From a virus (taxonomy: Duplodnaviria; Heunggongvirae; Uroviricota; Caudoviricetes), in the IMG/VR virus record IMGVR_UViG_3300017971_002799, positions 1 through 64,000 of that record: DNA of 64,000 nucleotides; one strand, given 5' to 3'. The position numbers were made by a program, and so were the translations under genes. Positions 18,196 to 26,083 of this stretch are shown here, one piece after another (position 1 is the first letter of the stretch; every line of letters starts with the position of its first letter). The notes under the pieces were generated by a model, which did no database searches, was not told the origin of the DNA, and worked only from the letters and a program-made list of their open reading frames with translations.

Positions 18196-18390
18196 TTAAT
18201 CTATAAATGGACACAAGTCTTCGCTCTTTTCGGATCGTGCTTTGTTTGAGATAGCAACTGCATAAACACAACAACCGTTAAGTAAGTATCGTGCTACATG
18301 CTCGCCACAAACAAGTGCATCAGGTTTAATACCCGTATGGTCAACAACTCTCCAAACGGCAGGACTTTCACACTTCCTACAACTTATCAT
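18196..18390 (-). CDS. hypothetical zinc-ribbon protein
   Basis: CRKCE...CGEH motif. Confidence 0.45.
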   Translation of the reverse strand: MISCRKCESPAVWRVVDHTGIKPDALVCGEHVARYLLNGCCVYAVAISNKARSEKSEDLCPFID

Positions 18391-18455
18391 CCGTTACCTC
18401 GCTACAGAGTTTTGAAAAGTTAACCAGGTTAGCGATCTCTAACAATATCCTAGTT

Positions 18456-19019
18456 TCATTCTAATGTCTCCTCTAACTTCGGTATACTAGGTTTCTTACT
18501 GATAATACGGTAATAGTGTTTATTCCTGATAGAAGACATATCCGTTTCGGAAGCGAGCCAAGTGTTCAGGAGTGTAGTCGTATCTGAATATAACTTGTGG
18601 TAGTTAGTAGCATCAACCTTCCATTGTCCACCAAGAATAAGCTGTACAGCGTTCATAGAGGCTTGTCTAGTAAGAAAAGGACTAGAGCTTATCAACGTCA
18701 TATTGGTATTGCTAGCTAACTCCTCCGCTTCCGATGTTATATGGTCTCTAATGCCTCGATCAGTCAATTCTTGTCTCGTCGACAGTAAGACCCTCATCTG
18801 CAGCCAGTTCTGAATCAGATCCTGAACTGCTGCGTCCAAATCTTTTCCCTCCAAGATGCCGAGGAAGTTTAACTCTATCACATTCACTTCCACTTGGGAG
18901 AATATTGTTTTCTTCATCTTGGTTGAGTGGGCTACTTTCCACGGGAAGTTGTTCACTTTCGGGTCTATCCAGGTTATCGTCTCCACTCTTATTTCCGGAA
19001 GAAAGTCTTGACTGCTCAT
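18456..19019 (-). CDS. hypothetical protein (overlaps 18760..19707 in another frame)
   Basis: ORF track; shows ordinary amino-acid composition throughout. Confidence 0.45.
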   Translation of the reverse strand: MSSQDFLPEIRVETITWIDPKVNNFPWKVAHSTKMKKTIFSQVEVNVIELNFLGILEGKDLDAAVQDLIQNWLQMRVLLSTRQELTDRGIRDHITSEAEELASNTNMTLISSSPFLTRQASMNAVQLILGGQWKVDATNYHKLYSDTTTLLNTWLASETDMSSIRNKHYYRIISKKPSIPKLEETLE

Positions 19020-19707
19020 CTACGGTCTCCTTACTCACAGGCATTAAGTAACGCCGTGACTGATTTGTTATAGTATTAACAAACACAACCCAGGCAGTTA
19101 AATGACTACTACCAGGACTGCAGTGAAACACTGAACCGATTCTCATTCTGATAAGGGGATGAAGGAAGTCCATTTTGGCGATACTTATTAAGAAGTATCG
19201 ATTATCCACTATTGACGAGTCAAGTTTAGCAAGAAGATTGTCTAACAAGGCTTGAGACTCTTCATCTGAAAATCCGAGAGGAGCAAACATTCCATCAGCG
19301 TAGTAGCCTATAGTATTTTCGGGTGTAACTTGATTTGGAACTGTTGAACAAACCCACAATTCTGGTTTGTCAACACTTAACCCGATAGCAATCTGCTTCA
19401 TAATGAAATTCCTGGCATCGGTTTCTAAACCCGTAAAGACCCAAACCCTTTCGATTGGAGAGGCGTCTCTTCTAATAGTCGGAAGCTCGGCGTGGACGGG
19501 TGCACCCCGCTCGGTTATCCCAAGAGCTTTTCTAAAAGCTTCAACCTTTCCATCATCTAAGCAAATAGCGTTGGTAGAATCAGCATAAGGACAAGAGGTA
19601 AGACCAATACGTTCTATCTCACTCCAAAGCTTTAGTTGGTATTGCTTACCAATAGCCTCAACTTGATCGGCTGCTGACATATTGGGTATGATATTGATGT
19701 TGCTCAT
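18760..19707 (-). CDS. hypothetical protein; C-terminal ~80 aa low-complexity and probably read-through into the next gene
   Basis: The N-terminal ~230 aa look protein-like; the tail SGNKSGDDNLDRPESEQLPVESSPLNQDEENN... overlaps 18456..19019. Confidence 0.4.
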   Translation of the reverse strand: MSNINIIPNMSAADQVEAIGKQYQLKLWSEIERIGLTSCPYADSTNAICLDDGKVEAFRKALGITERGAPVHAELPTIRRDASPIERVWVFTGLETDARNFIMKQIAIGLSVDKPELWVCSTVPNQVTPENTIGYYADGMFAPLGFSDEESQALLDNLLAKLDSSIVDNRYFLISIAKMDFLHPLIRMRIGSVFHCSPGSSHLTAWVVFVNTITNQSRRYLMPVSKETVDEQSRLSSGNKSGDDNLDRPESEQLPVESSPLNQDEENNILPSGSECDRVKLPRHLGGKRFGRSSSGSDSELAADEGLTVDETRID

Positions 19708-19708
19708 A

Positions 19709-19972
19709 CTACTTTCCCTTTACTAATACTTTTAGAGCTTTAACATTGTCGATCGTTCCTTTCAATACGTCACTGTATAACCAGCTGATGAAACCAGCCA
19801 TCTCTTTATGGGGGTAGCAAAGTTTGCTTGGGTACACAGTTGTATTTCCACATTTTGGGTAAGCACAAGTTTCAATATTTTTCCACCCACAATCGCAAAC
19901 GTGCGTACCAGCACGCGTTACGAATATAGCTTTACCACCGCAATCTGGACACTTTACATGTTCAAGTGACAT
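19709..19972 (-). CDS. hypothetical zinc-ribbon protein
   Basis: CPDCGG...CDCG...CAYPKCG...C motifs. Confidence 0.5.
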   Translation of the reverse strand: MSLEHVKCPDCGGKAIFVTRAGTHVCDCGWKNIETCAYPKCGNTTVYPSKLCYPHKEMAGFISWLYSDVLKGTIDNVKALKVLVKGK

Positions 19973-20222
19973 CGTCTTCCTCTCCTGTTTTACCCAATAC
20001 TTGGTTCAGTTGATTTAAGCACTCCGATAAGGCTCTATGAGGAGACTTGCCTGTACCGAATACCCTATGACCAAAACCATACTCGATGGTGAATGTCCAT
20101 CTATCCATATGTTCAGAATAAAAGAAGTCTCCGCGACGAAACATACGATTGTATAGTCTCTTTGGTACATACGAAAGCTCTTTTAAGAGATCTCTCTTCG
20201 ACTTCTTAACTGGTGTTGCCAT
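19962..20222 (-). CDS. hypothetical protein
   Basis: ORF track. Confidence 0.45.
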   Translation of the reverse strand: MATPVKKSKRDLLKELSYVPKRLYNRMFRRGDFFYSEHMDRWTFTIEYGFGHRVFGTGKSPHRALSECLNQLNQVLGKTGEEDDVT

Positions 20223-20415
20223 CTTTCATCTTCCAAATCTTTTTTCTTTTGTTAACTTGTTCCTGCATAATTAAGTCGCTCTCCTCTAAAGCCCTTAGAT
20301 AATTACGAATCGATGCATCGGTATAGCCAGTACGCTCTTGCAACTGAGCTATAGACAAGCCACCACCTGATAAATTTCTATACACACGCCAAAGCCTGTC
20401 TTTGTGAACAGCCAC
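20206..20415 (-). CDS. small winged-helix DNA-binding regulator
   Basis: HTH segment LSIAQLQERTGYTDASIRNYLRALEESDLI. Confidence 0.5.
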   Translation of the reverse strand: MAVHKDRLWRVYRNLSGGGLSIAQLQERTGYTDASIRNYLRALEESDLIMQEQVNKRKKIWKMKDGNTS

Positions 20416-20427
20416 ATCCTTCTCCTC

Positions 20428-20730
20428 CTACTCGTAAAAGTCTTGAGCTCTGGTGTCAGGAATCAATAGAGCATCCCGCCTCCTGAACCCTACTATTATC
20501 GGTTCGAAGTAAGGTCTGCTTCTGGAGTTTACACAAGTACCACTTGCTAGTCGACACCTTAGCACGTACGTGGATTCGTAGTGTGTACAGTCGTGGCAAG
20601 AATGTTTTGGAGGTCCCAATTCATCTATCTCTTCAGACAGAGCGCCTGTTTTACGTCTACTGTACCAAAGCTTAAAAGCTACCGGCGGATTCTTGGGAGC
20701 AGGGGGCAATTCATCCTTTTGAGTTATCAT
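20428..20730 (-). CDS. hypothetical Cys-rich protein
   Basis: CHDCTHY...C motifs. Confidence 0.45.
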   Translation of the reverse strand: MITQKDELPPAPKNPPVAFKLWYSRRKTGALSEEIDELGPPKHSCHDCTHYESTYVLRCRLASGTCVNSRSRPYFEPIIVGFRRRDALLIPDTRAQDFYE

Positions 20731-21070
20731 TCAGTTCCTCACTTTCTTTTTGTAACTTCAAGAAGTCGTTAAAAGTCTTTCCTGGATTGTCTTTCAACCA
20801 CTTATGAGCTCTTCTAAGCATTTTCTCATTTTCATTCTTTTTGTTCTGAAAAGCTTTTCCCTTGGGAGAGTGTCTATATTTCTCCTTCGAGAGCTTTCCC
20901 TTTTCAGACTTAGCATATCTACTAGCAGTCCCTTTACCCTTTTCGGACTGCTGATGTTTTTTGTGAGCAACTCTCCCTTTTTCGGACTTATTATATCTAC
21001 GTTGTGCTGCATCTATTTTCTCCGCAGGATCTTGATCGTCAAATAAATCTGTCTTAGAGGACATGCTCAC
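20711..21070 (-). CDS. basic repeat protein (tandem ~13-aa KSEKGK repeats); first gene of leftward operon
   Basis: RYNKSEKGRVAHKK / QQSEKGKGTASRY / AKSEKGKLSKEKY / RHSPKGKAFQNKK repeats, mirrored by DNA repeats at about 20830-21010. Confidence 0.5.
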   Translation of the reverse strand: MSMSSKTDLFDDQDPAEKIDAAQRRYNKSEKGRVAHKKHQQSEKGKGTASRYAKSEKGKLSKEKYRHSPKGKAFQNKKNENEKMLRRAHKWLKDNPGKTFNDFLKLQKESEELNDNSKG

Positions 21071-21249
21071 CTCGCAAATTTGAAATCGTTGTGTAATATA
21101 AATGAAGGGTCTCTATTATAATAATAATGCATCTTGCCAAAAACATCAAGCTTTCTAGCTTAAAATTTTATTTCAATTTTATGTAAGACAAATAGAGCGA
21201 AATTCCTTTTAGCTATACATTCGCAGAAAGGTCCTTAATAATATGACTA

Positions 21250-21279
21250 TTGAAATTTAGTCTTTAAATTGTTATAATA
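21250..21279 (+). promoter_or_regulatory. sigma70-like promoter for rightward block
   Basis: TTGAAA (21250-21255), 18-nt spacer, TATAAT (21274-21279), about 50 nt upstream of ORF 21328. Confidence 0.45.
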
Positions 21280-21327
21280 TATCAGTGGGTTTCAATCTGT
21301 ACGTAAAACTCTTGGGAGCGCGTTGTA

Positions 21328-21615
21328 GTGAGGAAATTTGAAGTAGTTATTCGTCGAGAAACAGATGAAAGGGTTTACACTATGGAGTCCGTGACTCGCT
21401 ACGAAGCAGTTGTAAATGCAATCGCTAGCTTTATAAGCGAGTTCAGGATTGAGGGTAGACCTTATTTATTTTACCCTGGACAGAAGAGAGGTAACGAACT
21501 TGAGATTCAAACGAGGACACTAGAAAGTACAGATAAGAGACGTAGAAAGAGAACGAATCTCAAGATATATGAAGGTGCTACACCTCAAGCAGTTGTAGGA
21601 GTTGACAATGTCTGA
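21328..21615 (+). CDS. hypothetical protein, first gene of rightward block
   Basis: ORF track; lies downstream of the promoter candidate. Confidence 0.5.
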   Translation: MRKFEVVIRRETDERVYTMESVTRYEAVVNAIASFISEFRIEGRPYLFYPGQKRGNELEIQTRTLESTDKRRRKRTNLKIYEGATPQAVVGVDNV

Positions 21616-22360
21616 ATTCAAAGTAGTTGATATTAGTACAATTGAGAATGAACAGTTAGTCAATGAGCTTGCGCTAATTCAAAAAGAACAACATGATCAA
21701 GCTCTTAAAAACCTTATCACAGGAATAACTCCTACAGAAGAATTTGAAAAAGGGGAGATACCCCGTAGAAAGGGAAGAGGTGGAAAGTTCTTTCCATACT
21801 TACCTAACTGGTGGTTTATTAGAGAAGCCAACGCAGTATTCAACCGTGCTTGGGATTTTGAAATAGAAGATGTAAAGATATTCGGTCCTCCTGGTAAGGA
21901 AAAACAGGCAAGTGTGCAAGGTAGAGTAACTGTTAAAATCCCTGGACAGAAGATAACTAGAACGTATTCGGACGGTACTGTTGAAGTAATTGAGATTGAA
22001 GGCTTAACACTAAGCAAATCACAATTCGGTAGTACTGATATAAAACAGCTCAAAGATGGAAGCGGACCTGTTTCGATTGGTGATGACCTTAAAGGGGCAG
22101 CTACTGATTCTATGAAGAAGAGCCTTTCACAATTTGGTTTTGGTGCTGATGTTTACGGAATGAGAGAAGGTGACGAAGATAGCGCTGAGGCCCAAGAGGA
22201 AAGACAAAACAGTGCTGTGCTAAAGATAATGGAAGATAAGGGTATTACAGAAGAGCAAGTCGAAGAACTTAGTATGAAGCTATTCGGCAAACCTTCTACA
22301 GAACTTCCAAACACAAAAACCCTCCAGCTTATCAACGAGTTGAGAAAACTCGAAGTATAA
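21602..22360 (+). CDS. Rad52/Sak-family single-strand annealing protein candidate
   Basis: GRGGKFFPYLPNWWFIREANAVFNRAWDFEIEDVKIF resembles the Rad52 N-terminal motif GGxxLxYLxGWxVIxEANRIFGFDGW; the C-terminal tail is acidic. Confidence 0.45.
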   Translation: MTMSEFKVVDISTIENEQLVNELALIQKEQHDQALKNLITGITPTEEFEKGEIPRRKGRGGKFFPYLPNWWFIREANAVFNRAWDFEIEDVKIFGPPGKEKQASVQGRVTVKIPGQKITRTYSDGTVEVIEIEGLTLSKSQFGSTDIKQLKDGSGPVSIGDDLKGAATDSMKKSLSQFGFGADVYGMREGDEDSAEAQEERQNSAVLKIMEDKGITEEQVEELSMKLFGKPSTELPNTKTLQLINELRKLEV

Positions 22361-22382
22361 GACCCGGGAAACCCCAAAAACT

Positions 22383-22853
22383 TTGGTGTGGGACAAAAAA
22401 AATAACCTTGCAAGGAGGAACATGGCAAAAGAAAAACCGGTAACCGTCAACATGACAGATGCAATCGCGCTCGGACCTTTGGATCCTAAGCTTATGTATC
22501 TGTTCGCCATCAGTAAGTGGGCTTATGGCAAGACCGATAAAGGTAATAAGGTAGATGTAGTGTTCGAAGTTGTGAAACCCGAAGGAATTAAGGGTAAAGT
22601 CTTCGATGCTATCAATCTGGAGAATGAGTACACTAAAACCCGGGCCCGCGATATCATGGTAGCCACCGGTGTTACTACTGTGGAAGAAATGTCAGAGAAC
22701 ACAAGCTTTGAAATGCCCTCTGAAGAGGAAATGCTTGGTCGCCAGTTCGCCGCTCGAGTCAGAACACAAGCCGGCACTGACGGTTATGATGACCGCAGCC
22801 AGCTTCGAAAGGTCCTGCCTGAGTCCGAGTATACAGAAGAAGACGAAGAATAG
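22383..22853 (+). CDS. putative ssDNA-binding protein (acidic C-terminal tail)
   Basis: The C-terminus PESEYTEEDEE is typical of SSB tails; position next to the annealing protein supports the call; there is a strong SD (caaggaggaacATG). Confidence 0.35.
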   Translation: MVWDKKNNLARRNMAKEKPVTVNMTDAIALGPLDPKLMYLFAISKWAYGKTDKGNKVDVVFEVVKPEGIKGKVFDAINLENEYTKTRARDIMVATGVTTVEEMSENTSFEMPSEEEMLGRQFAARVRTQAGTDGYDDRSQLRKVLPESEYTEEDEE

Positions 22854-23806
22854 CAAGAGACTCTAGGTGGATTTGACAGAGTAAAAGATCTTAACCGGGT
22901 TTGATCTTGGGGTTTTGCAAGTGGGCGAACACCTTCCTTTCCGCACCGGGAAGGTTAGTAACTCACTTACTTCAAACTTTTCTTGGTTCCTATCAGTTAT
23001 TATGAAGTGCCTCCCGTACTTTTTATGTTCCGGACTGATGGGAGCCAACAAGAGCTTGAGGATCGAGACAACCTCCGAAGTTCTTGAACTCAACCTCGAA
23101 AGGGGTTGTATCACTGGGAAGAGGCTGGACCCGAGGACAGACTGGCATCCTGAGGGAATTGAACAACCGCCTTATTGTAAAGCTCTCAGGCGAATGCGGA
23201 CGGAGTGGAGTGGTGCGGGGTGAAATAGCCCGCGAGTAGGGTCCAGTCCTCACATCAACACGGCATATGGCGCTAGAGAGTAGGCGTCACCGGTAACCAA
23301 CCCGGAGATCTTGGACAACGTATCTGAGATCTAGGTTTTCGACGGAGAACCGAATTCGTGCGGGGTTTGATTCCCAGCGGCCGTGACCAGAAAACTTATG
23401 ATCGGAGGATAAAAAGGAAGGACTAGTACCCCTTCTGATTATCCCTCGGTTTTGTGTAGATACTAGTTAAGACACGAAGTCGAAATTTGCTTCCTTCCGA
23501 CGGAAGCAGTTGAGAAAGTAGGGAATAAACCCTCTCCGATCACCAATGTACATACTAGACTTGTTAACTTGGGAGTTCATAAAACTATATCTCCTAATGC
23601 AAGAACTTTTTATTACACTTGCAATACCTTATATCAAAGATCCTAAACTCGGTAACAAAATTCAACACCACTTAATCAGTTGCCAGGTGTTGAGAACGAT
23701 GAGTTTAAATGAATTACCTAGTATCGCGAGAGATAAGATACTCTGGCAAGGTAGACTAATGTTAGTACTGTTACTAGGTACAATCGTTTTCAAAGAGTTA
23801 TACTAA

Positions 23807-23881
23807 TGCAGGGTAGAGCAGAGGCAGCTCGCTTGGCTCATAACCAAGAGGTCGACGGTTCGAGTCCGTCCCCTGCTACCA
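23807..23881 (+). tRNA. tRNA-Met (anticodon CAT) with initiator-like features
   Basis: Hand-folded cloverleaf: acceptor (T)GCAGGG/CCCTGC(T), U8, D-stem GAGC/GCTC with A11:U24, anticodon stem CTTGG/CCAAG, loop CTCATAA, T-arm GACGG-TTCGAGT-CCGTC, discriminator A, encoded CCA. There is a 1:72 mismatch. Confidence 0.7.
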
Positions 23882-23882
23882 A

Positions 23883-24000
23883 GGAGTAGTGCCCGAGAGG
23901 TTAGGGTTACAGTGTCACGAGAGGGTAAACATGTGACTACTGGGGGCACCCAGTTAAAGCTGTATTAAACACGTAGGTTCGAATCCTACCTACTCCCCCA
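23883..24000 (+). tRNA. 118-nt tRNA-like gene with ~39-nt insertion in the anticodon arm (putative intron; anticodon possibly CAC)
   Basis: Perfect 7-bp acceptor GGAGTAG/CTACTCC, U8, D-loop GAGAGGTTA, canonical T-arm GTAGG-TTCGAAT-CCTAC, discriminator C, encoded CCA. The anticodon helix ACAGT/GCTGT encloses a GTCAC/GTGAC helix and a CTGGG-GGCA-CCCAG hairpin. Confidence 0.45.
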
Positions 24001-24008
24001 AGAAAACA

Positions 24009-24110
24009 GGAGTGGAGGCTTCTAATCGCACCACAGGGTTAGAACTGGTCACTGGGACTGTGGAATAATCATTCGGGAGAATGAACGAGTCAACCCAGTG
24101 AGCCTCCTAC
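24009..24110 (+). ncRNA. structured RNA element candidate (7-bp closing helix GGAGGCT/AGCCTCC with interleaved helices)
   Basis: GGAGGCT (24014-24020) pairs with AGCCTCC (24101-24107). Internal CCACAG/CTGTGG and CACTGGG/CCCAGTG helices interleave, so the fold would be pseudoknot-like. The element sits immediately downstream of the tRNA pair. Confidence 0.25.
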
Positions 24111-24266
24111 AAATGGGTGAAAGCCTTAAAGGGAGAAAATGAGACCGATTGACGCTATAGAGAAACATTGCACTTTCTGCGCAACAAGAGGATTGAGATT
24201 CTCCTGTGACCTTCAAAATAGTATTCAATACTATGATCACCCTTGTTATATGAGACATGAACACGT

Positions 24267-24719
24267 TTGTCTCAAAGCGGAAGAGGTGAGAAAAGAAATG
24301 CATCTGAGAGTAGTTGGCAGAAGTGCTCCTGTGAGGGGAAAAAGAGAGTGATAATTAATATGCCTTATATCGGTAGGGTTCTTTCTGTAAACTACTATAA
24401 AGTTTACGATCGTAGAGGAGTTCCTACAAATACTACCAAATCAGTTACACAAGACTGGATGGATACCCTAACACGATTAATTAGGGAACATCCCGAATTC
24501 GAAAGTGTTCATCATAAAGATGTTACAATAAAGTTAACAGGACATTTCAAGGATCAGCGTTATCCCGACTTACATAATCTACACAAGATAATCGGAGACG
24601 CTGTAGAGCCTGCAATTGAAGTAAATGACAAGTATATCAAGTTTGAAGACGTTGGTTCCTTTATCGGTGCAAGAGTTCCCATACTGAAAATAGAAATCGT
24701 TCCTGATAACAAAATCTAA
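24267..24719 (+). CDS. RusA-like Holliday junction resolvase (probable true start at ATG 24360)
   Basis: MPYIGRVLSVNYYKV matches RusA LPxPPSVNxYW; PDLHNLHKIIGDAVE matches RusA DxDNxxKxxxDAL. Confidence 0.5.
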   Translation: MSQSGRGEKRNASESSWQKCSCEGKKRVIINMPYIGRVLSVNYYKVYDRRGVPTNTTKSVTQDWMDTLTRLIREHPEFESVHHKDVTIKLTGHFKDQRYPDLHNLHKIIGDAVEPAIEVNDKYIKFEDVGSFIGARVPILKIEIVPDNKI

Positions 24720-24735
24720 CAGGAGGTAGTTTAGA

Positions 24736-25041
24736 GTGCCTGACTACAAACTGAAAATTAAACCTGAATCAGCTCAAGCTCTCAGAGACGCTTTAGAAAC
24801 AGCTGAGATACTTCACCAGGCTGGAGAGTGTCCTAAATCAGTTGTAACAAACTTACAAAGCTTGGTAACCAGAGTCAAGCGAGCAGAAATGCATCACGAT
24901 ATTTACTACTCGCCAATCACCAAAGCGTACGAGATACAAATCCAAAAACCAGAGTACGAAGCAGCTTTATGGGCTCAACAGGCTGCAGACAAAATGCTGG
25001 GTACAGGTTCAGTTCAGTTCGGACCGACAAAAGTAGTTTAA
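24736..25041 (+). CDS. hypothetical protein
   Basis: ORF track; SD caggaggtagtttagagtg; probably a GTG start. Confidence 0.45.
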   Translation: MPDYKLKIKPESAQALRDALETAEILHQAGECPKSVVTNLQSLVTRVKRAEMHHDIYYSPITKAYEIQIQKPEYEAALWAQQAADKMLGTGSVQFGPTKVV

Positions 25042-25056
25042 GGTATAGGAGGAGAG

Positions 25057-25749
25057 ATGACAGTAAAAGCTGTTATACTATTATCTGGCGGCCTAGACAG
25101 TTCAGTAGTCGCCTACATAGCGAGGCATGACATAGGAGAGTCAGGGGATTTATATGCTCTGACTCTTTCTTATGGTCAAAGACACGAAAGAGAAATAGAA
25201 AGTGCTATGGACATCGCGAGAGCTGTCGGGGCTTGTCAGCATATTATACTCAAAGGCTTACCAATAGATGTCCTAGTTAAAACCGCTTTAACAGGGGATT
25301 TCGAAGTTCCAACAGATGGAGTCAGTGCCGAGATACCTTCTACTTGGGTTCCACAAAGAAACAGTATCTTCCTAGGACTTGCTTTCGCTCTTGCGGAGAC
25401 TGTTGACGCTCGCGCTGTTTACATAGGTGTTAATTCTGTAGACTACTCTGGCTACCCAGATTGTCGACCAGAATTCATATCGTCAGCAGAAAAGACTTTT
25501 AACCTAGCGAGTAAAAGGTTTGTAGAGAAGCGCAGAGCAATCGAGTTAAGAACTCCGATAATTAGTAAGTCTAAAAGAGATATTGTTCGTTGGGGTATGG
25601 AGTTGAGGGTTCCATTCGATTTAACTTGGTCTTGTTATCAAGGTAACGAAAAGGCCTGCGGGGTCTGCGATAGCTGTCGGATAAGAGTAGCAGCTTTTAG
25701 GAGTCAGGGATTAACAGATCCTATTGAGTATGAAGAGGTTGTAAAATGA
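25057..25749 (+). CDS. queC: 7-cyano-7-deazaguanine synthase QueC
   Basis: PP-loop LLSGGLDSS; YGQRHEREIE; C-terminal zinc motif CYQGNEKACGVCDSCRIR; size ~230 aa. Confidence 0.85.
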   Translation: MTVKAVILLSGGLDSSVVAYIARHDIGESGDLYALTLSYGQRHEREIESAMDIARAVGACQHIILKGLPIDVLVKTALTGDFEVPTDGVSAEIPSTWVPQRNSIFLGLAFALAETVDARAVYIGVNSVDYSGYPDCRPEFISSAEKTFNLASKRFVEKRRAIELRTPIISKSKRDIVRWGMELRVPFDLTWSCYQGNEKACGVCDSCRIRVAAFRSQGLTDPIEYEEVVK

Positions 25750-26069
25750 TCGATGACCCAAATCTAGTCACGGAATCACCCAAGAAAACCTTAATTGGCA
25801 AAGGCTGGTTTGCTTTTATCTTCGTGGTAGTCGTCTTAGTAGCTATCACAATAGCAGTGGGGACCTTGCCGCGAGGAGACGATTCTCCACCAAATGTAGT
25901 TTCTGCTCCGTACGAAGTCAAATCGTCTTTTGGAACCTACTATGTTCAAGGTTACCAGATTGACGACGGCATTCTTGTAATACAATTCCCCACTTTAGGT
26001 ACTCCAACGGCTGAGGATATCTTGATTATTGGGGGAGACTTCGAAATTAGGCCCAGAGTATTAAAATAA
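25746..26069 (+). CDS. small membrane protein
   Basis: TM helix WFAFIFVVVVLVAITIAVG. Confidence 0.45.
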   Translation: MIDDPNLVTESPKKTLIGKGWFAFIFVVVVLVAITIAVGTLPRGDDSPPNVVSAPYEVKSSFGTYYVQGYQIDDGILVIQFPTLGTPTAEDILIIGGDFEIRPRVLK

Positions 26070-26083
26070 AAATTTTTAGGAGG

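Noticed and set aside
21697-22428. Minus-strand ORFs (118 and 91 aa) within the Rad52-like gene
   Set aside because: Antisense shadow frames of a plus-strand gene.
22915-23223. 102-aa ORF in the tRNA/ncRNA hub
   Set aside because: It starts at TTG with no SD, sits in a region full of hairpins and tRNA-like elements, and has odd composition.
23220-23400. tmRNA (SsrA) hypothesis for the …GTGACCA-ending element
   Set aside because: The T-loop is non-canonical (TTTGATT, with a bulged stem) and the span (~130 nt) is too short. No tag-reading frame with a resume codon could be seen. I keep it only as an unclassified structured RNA.
23546-23806. 86-aa plus ORF ending at the tRNA-Met
   Set aside because: AT-rich, Leu/Ile-rich translation directly abutting a tRNA; probably non-coding.
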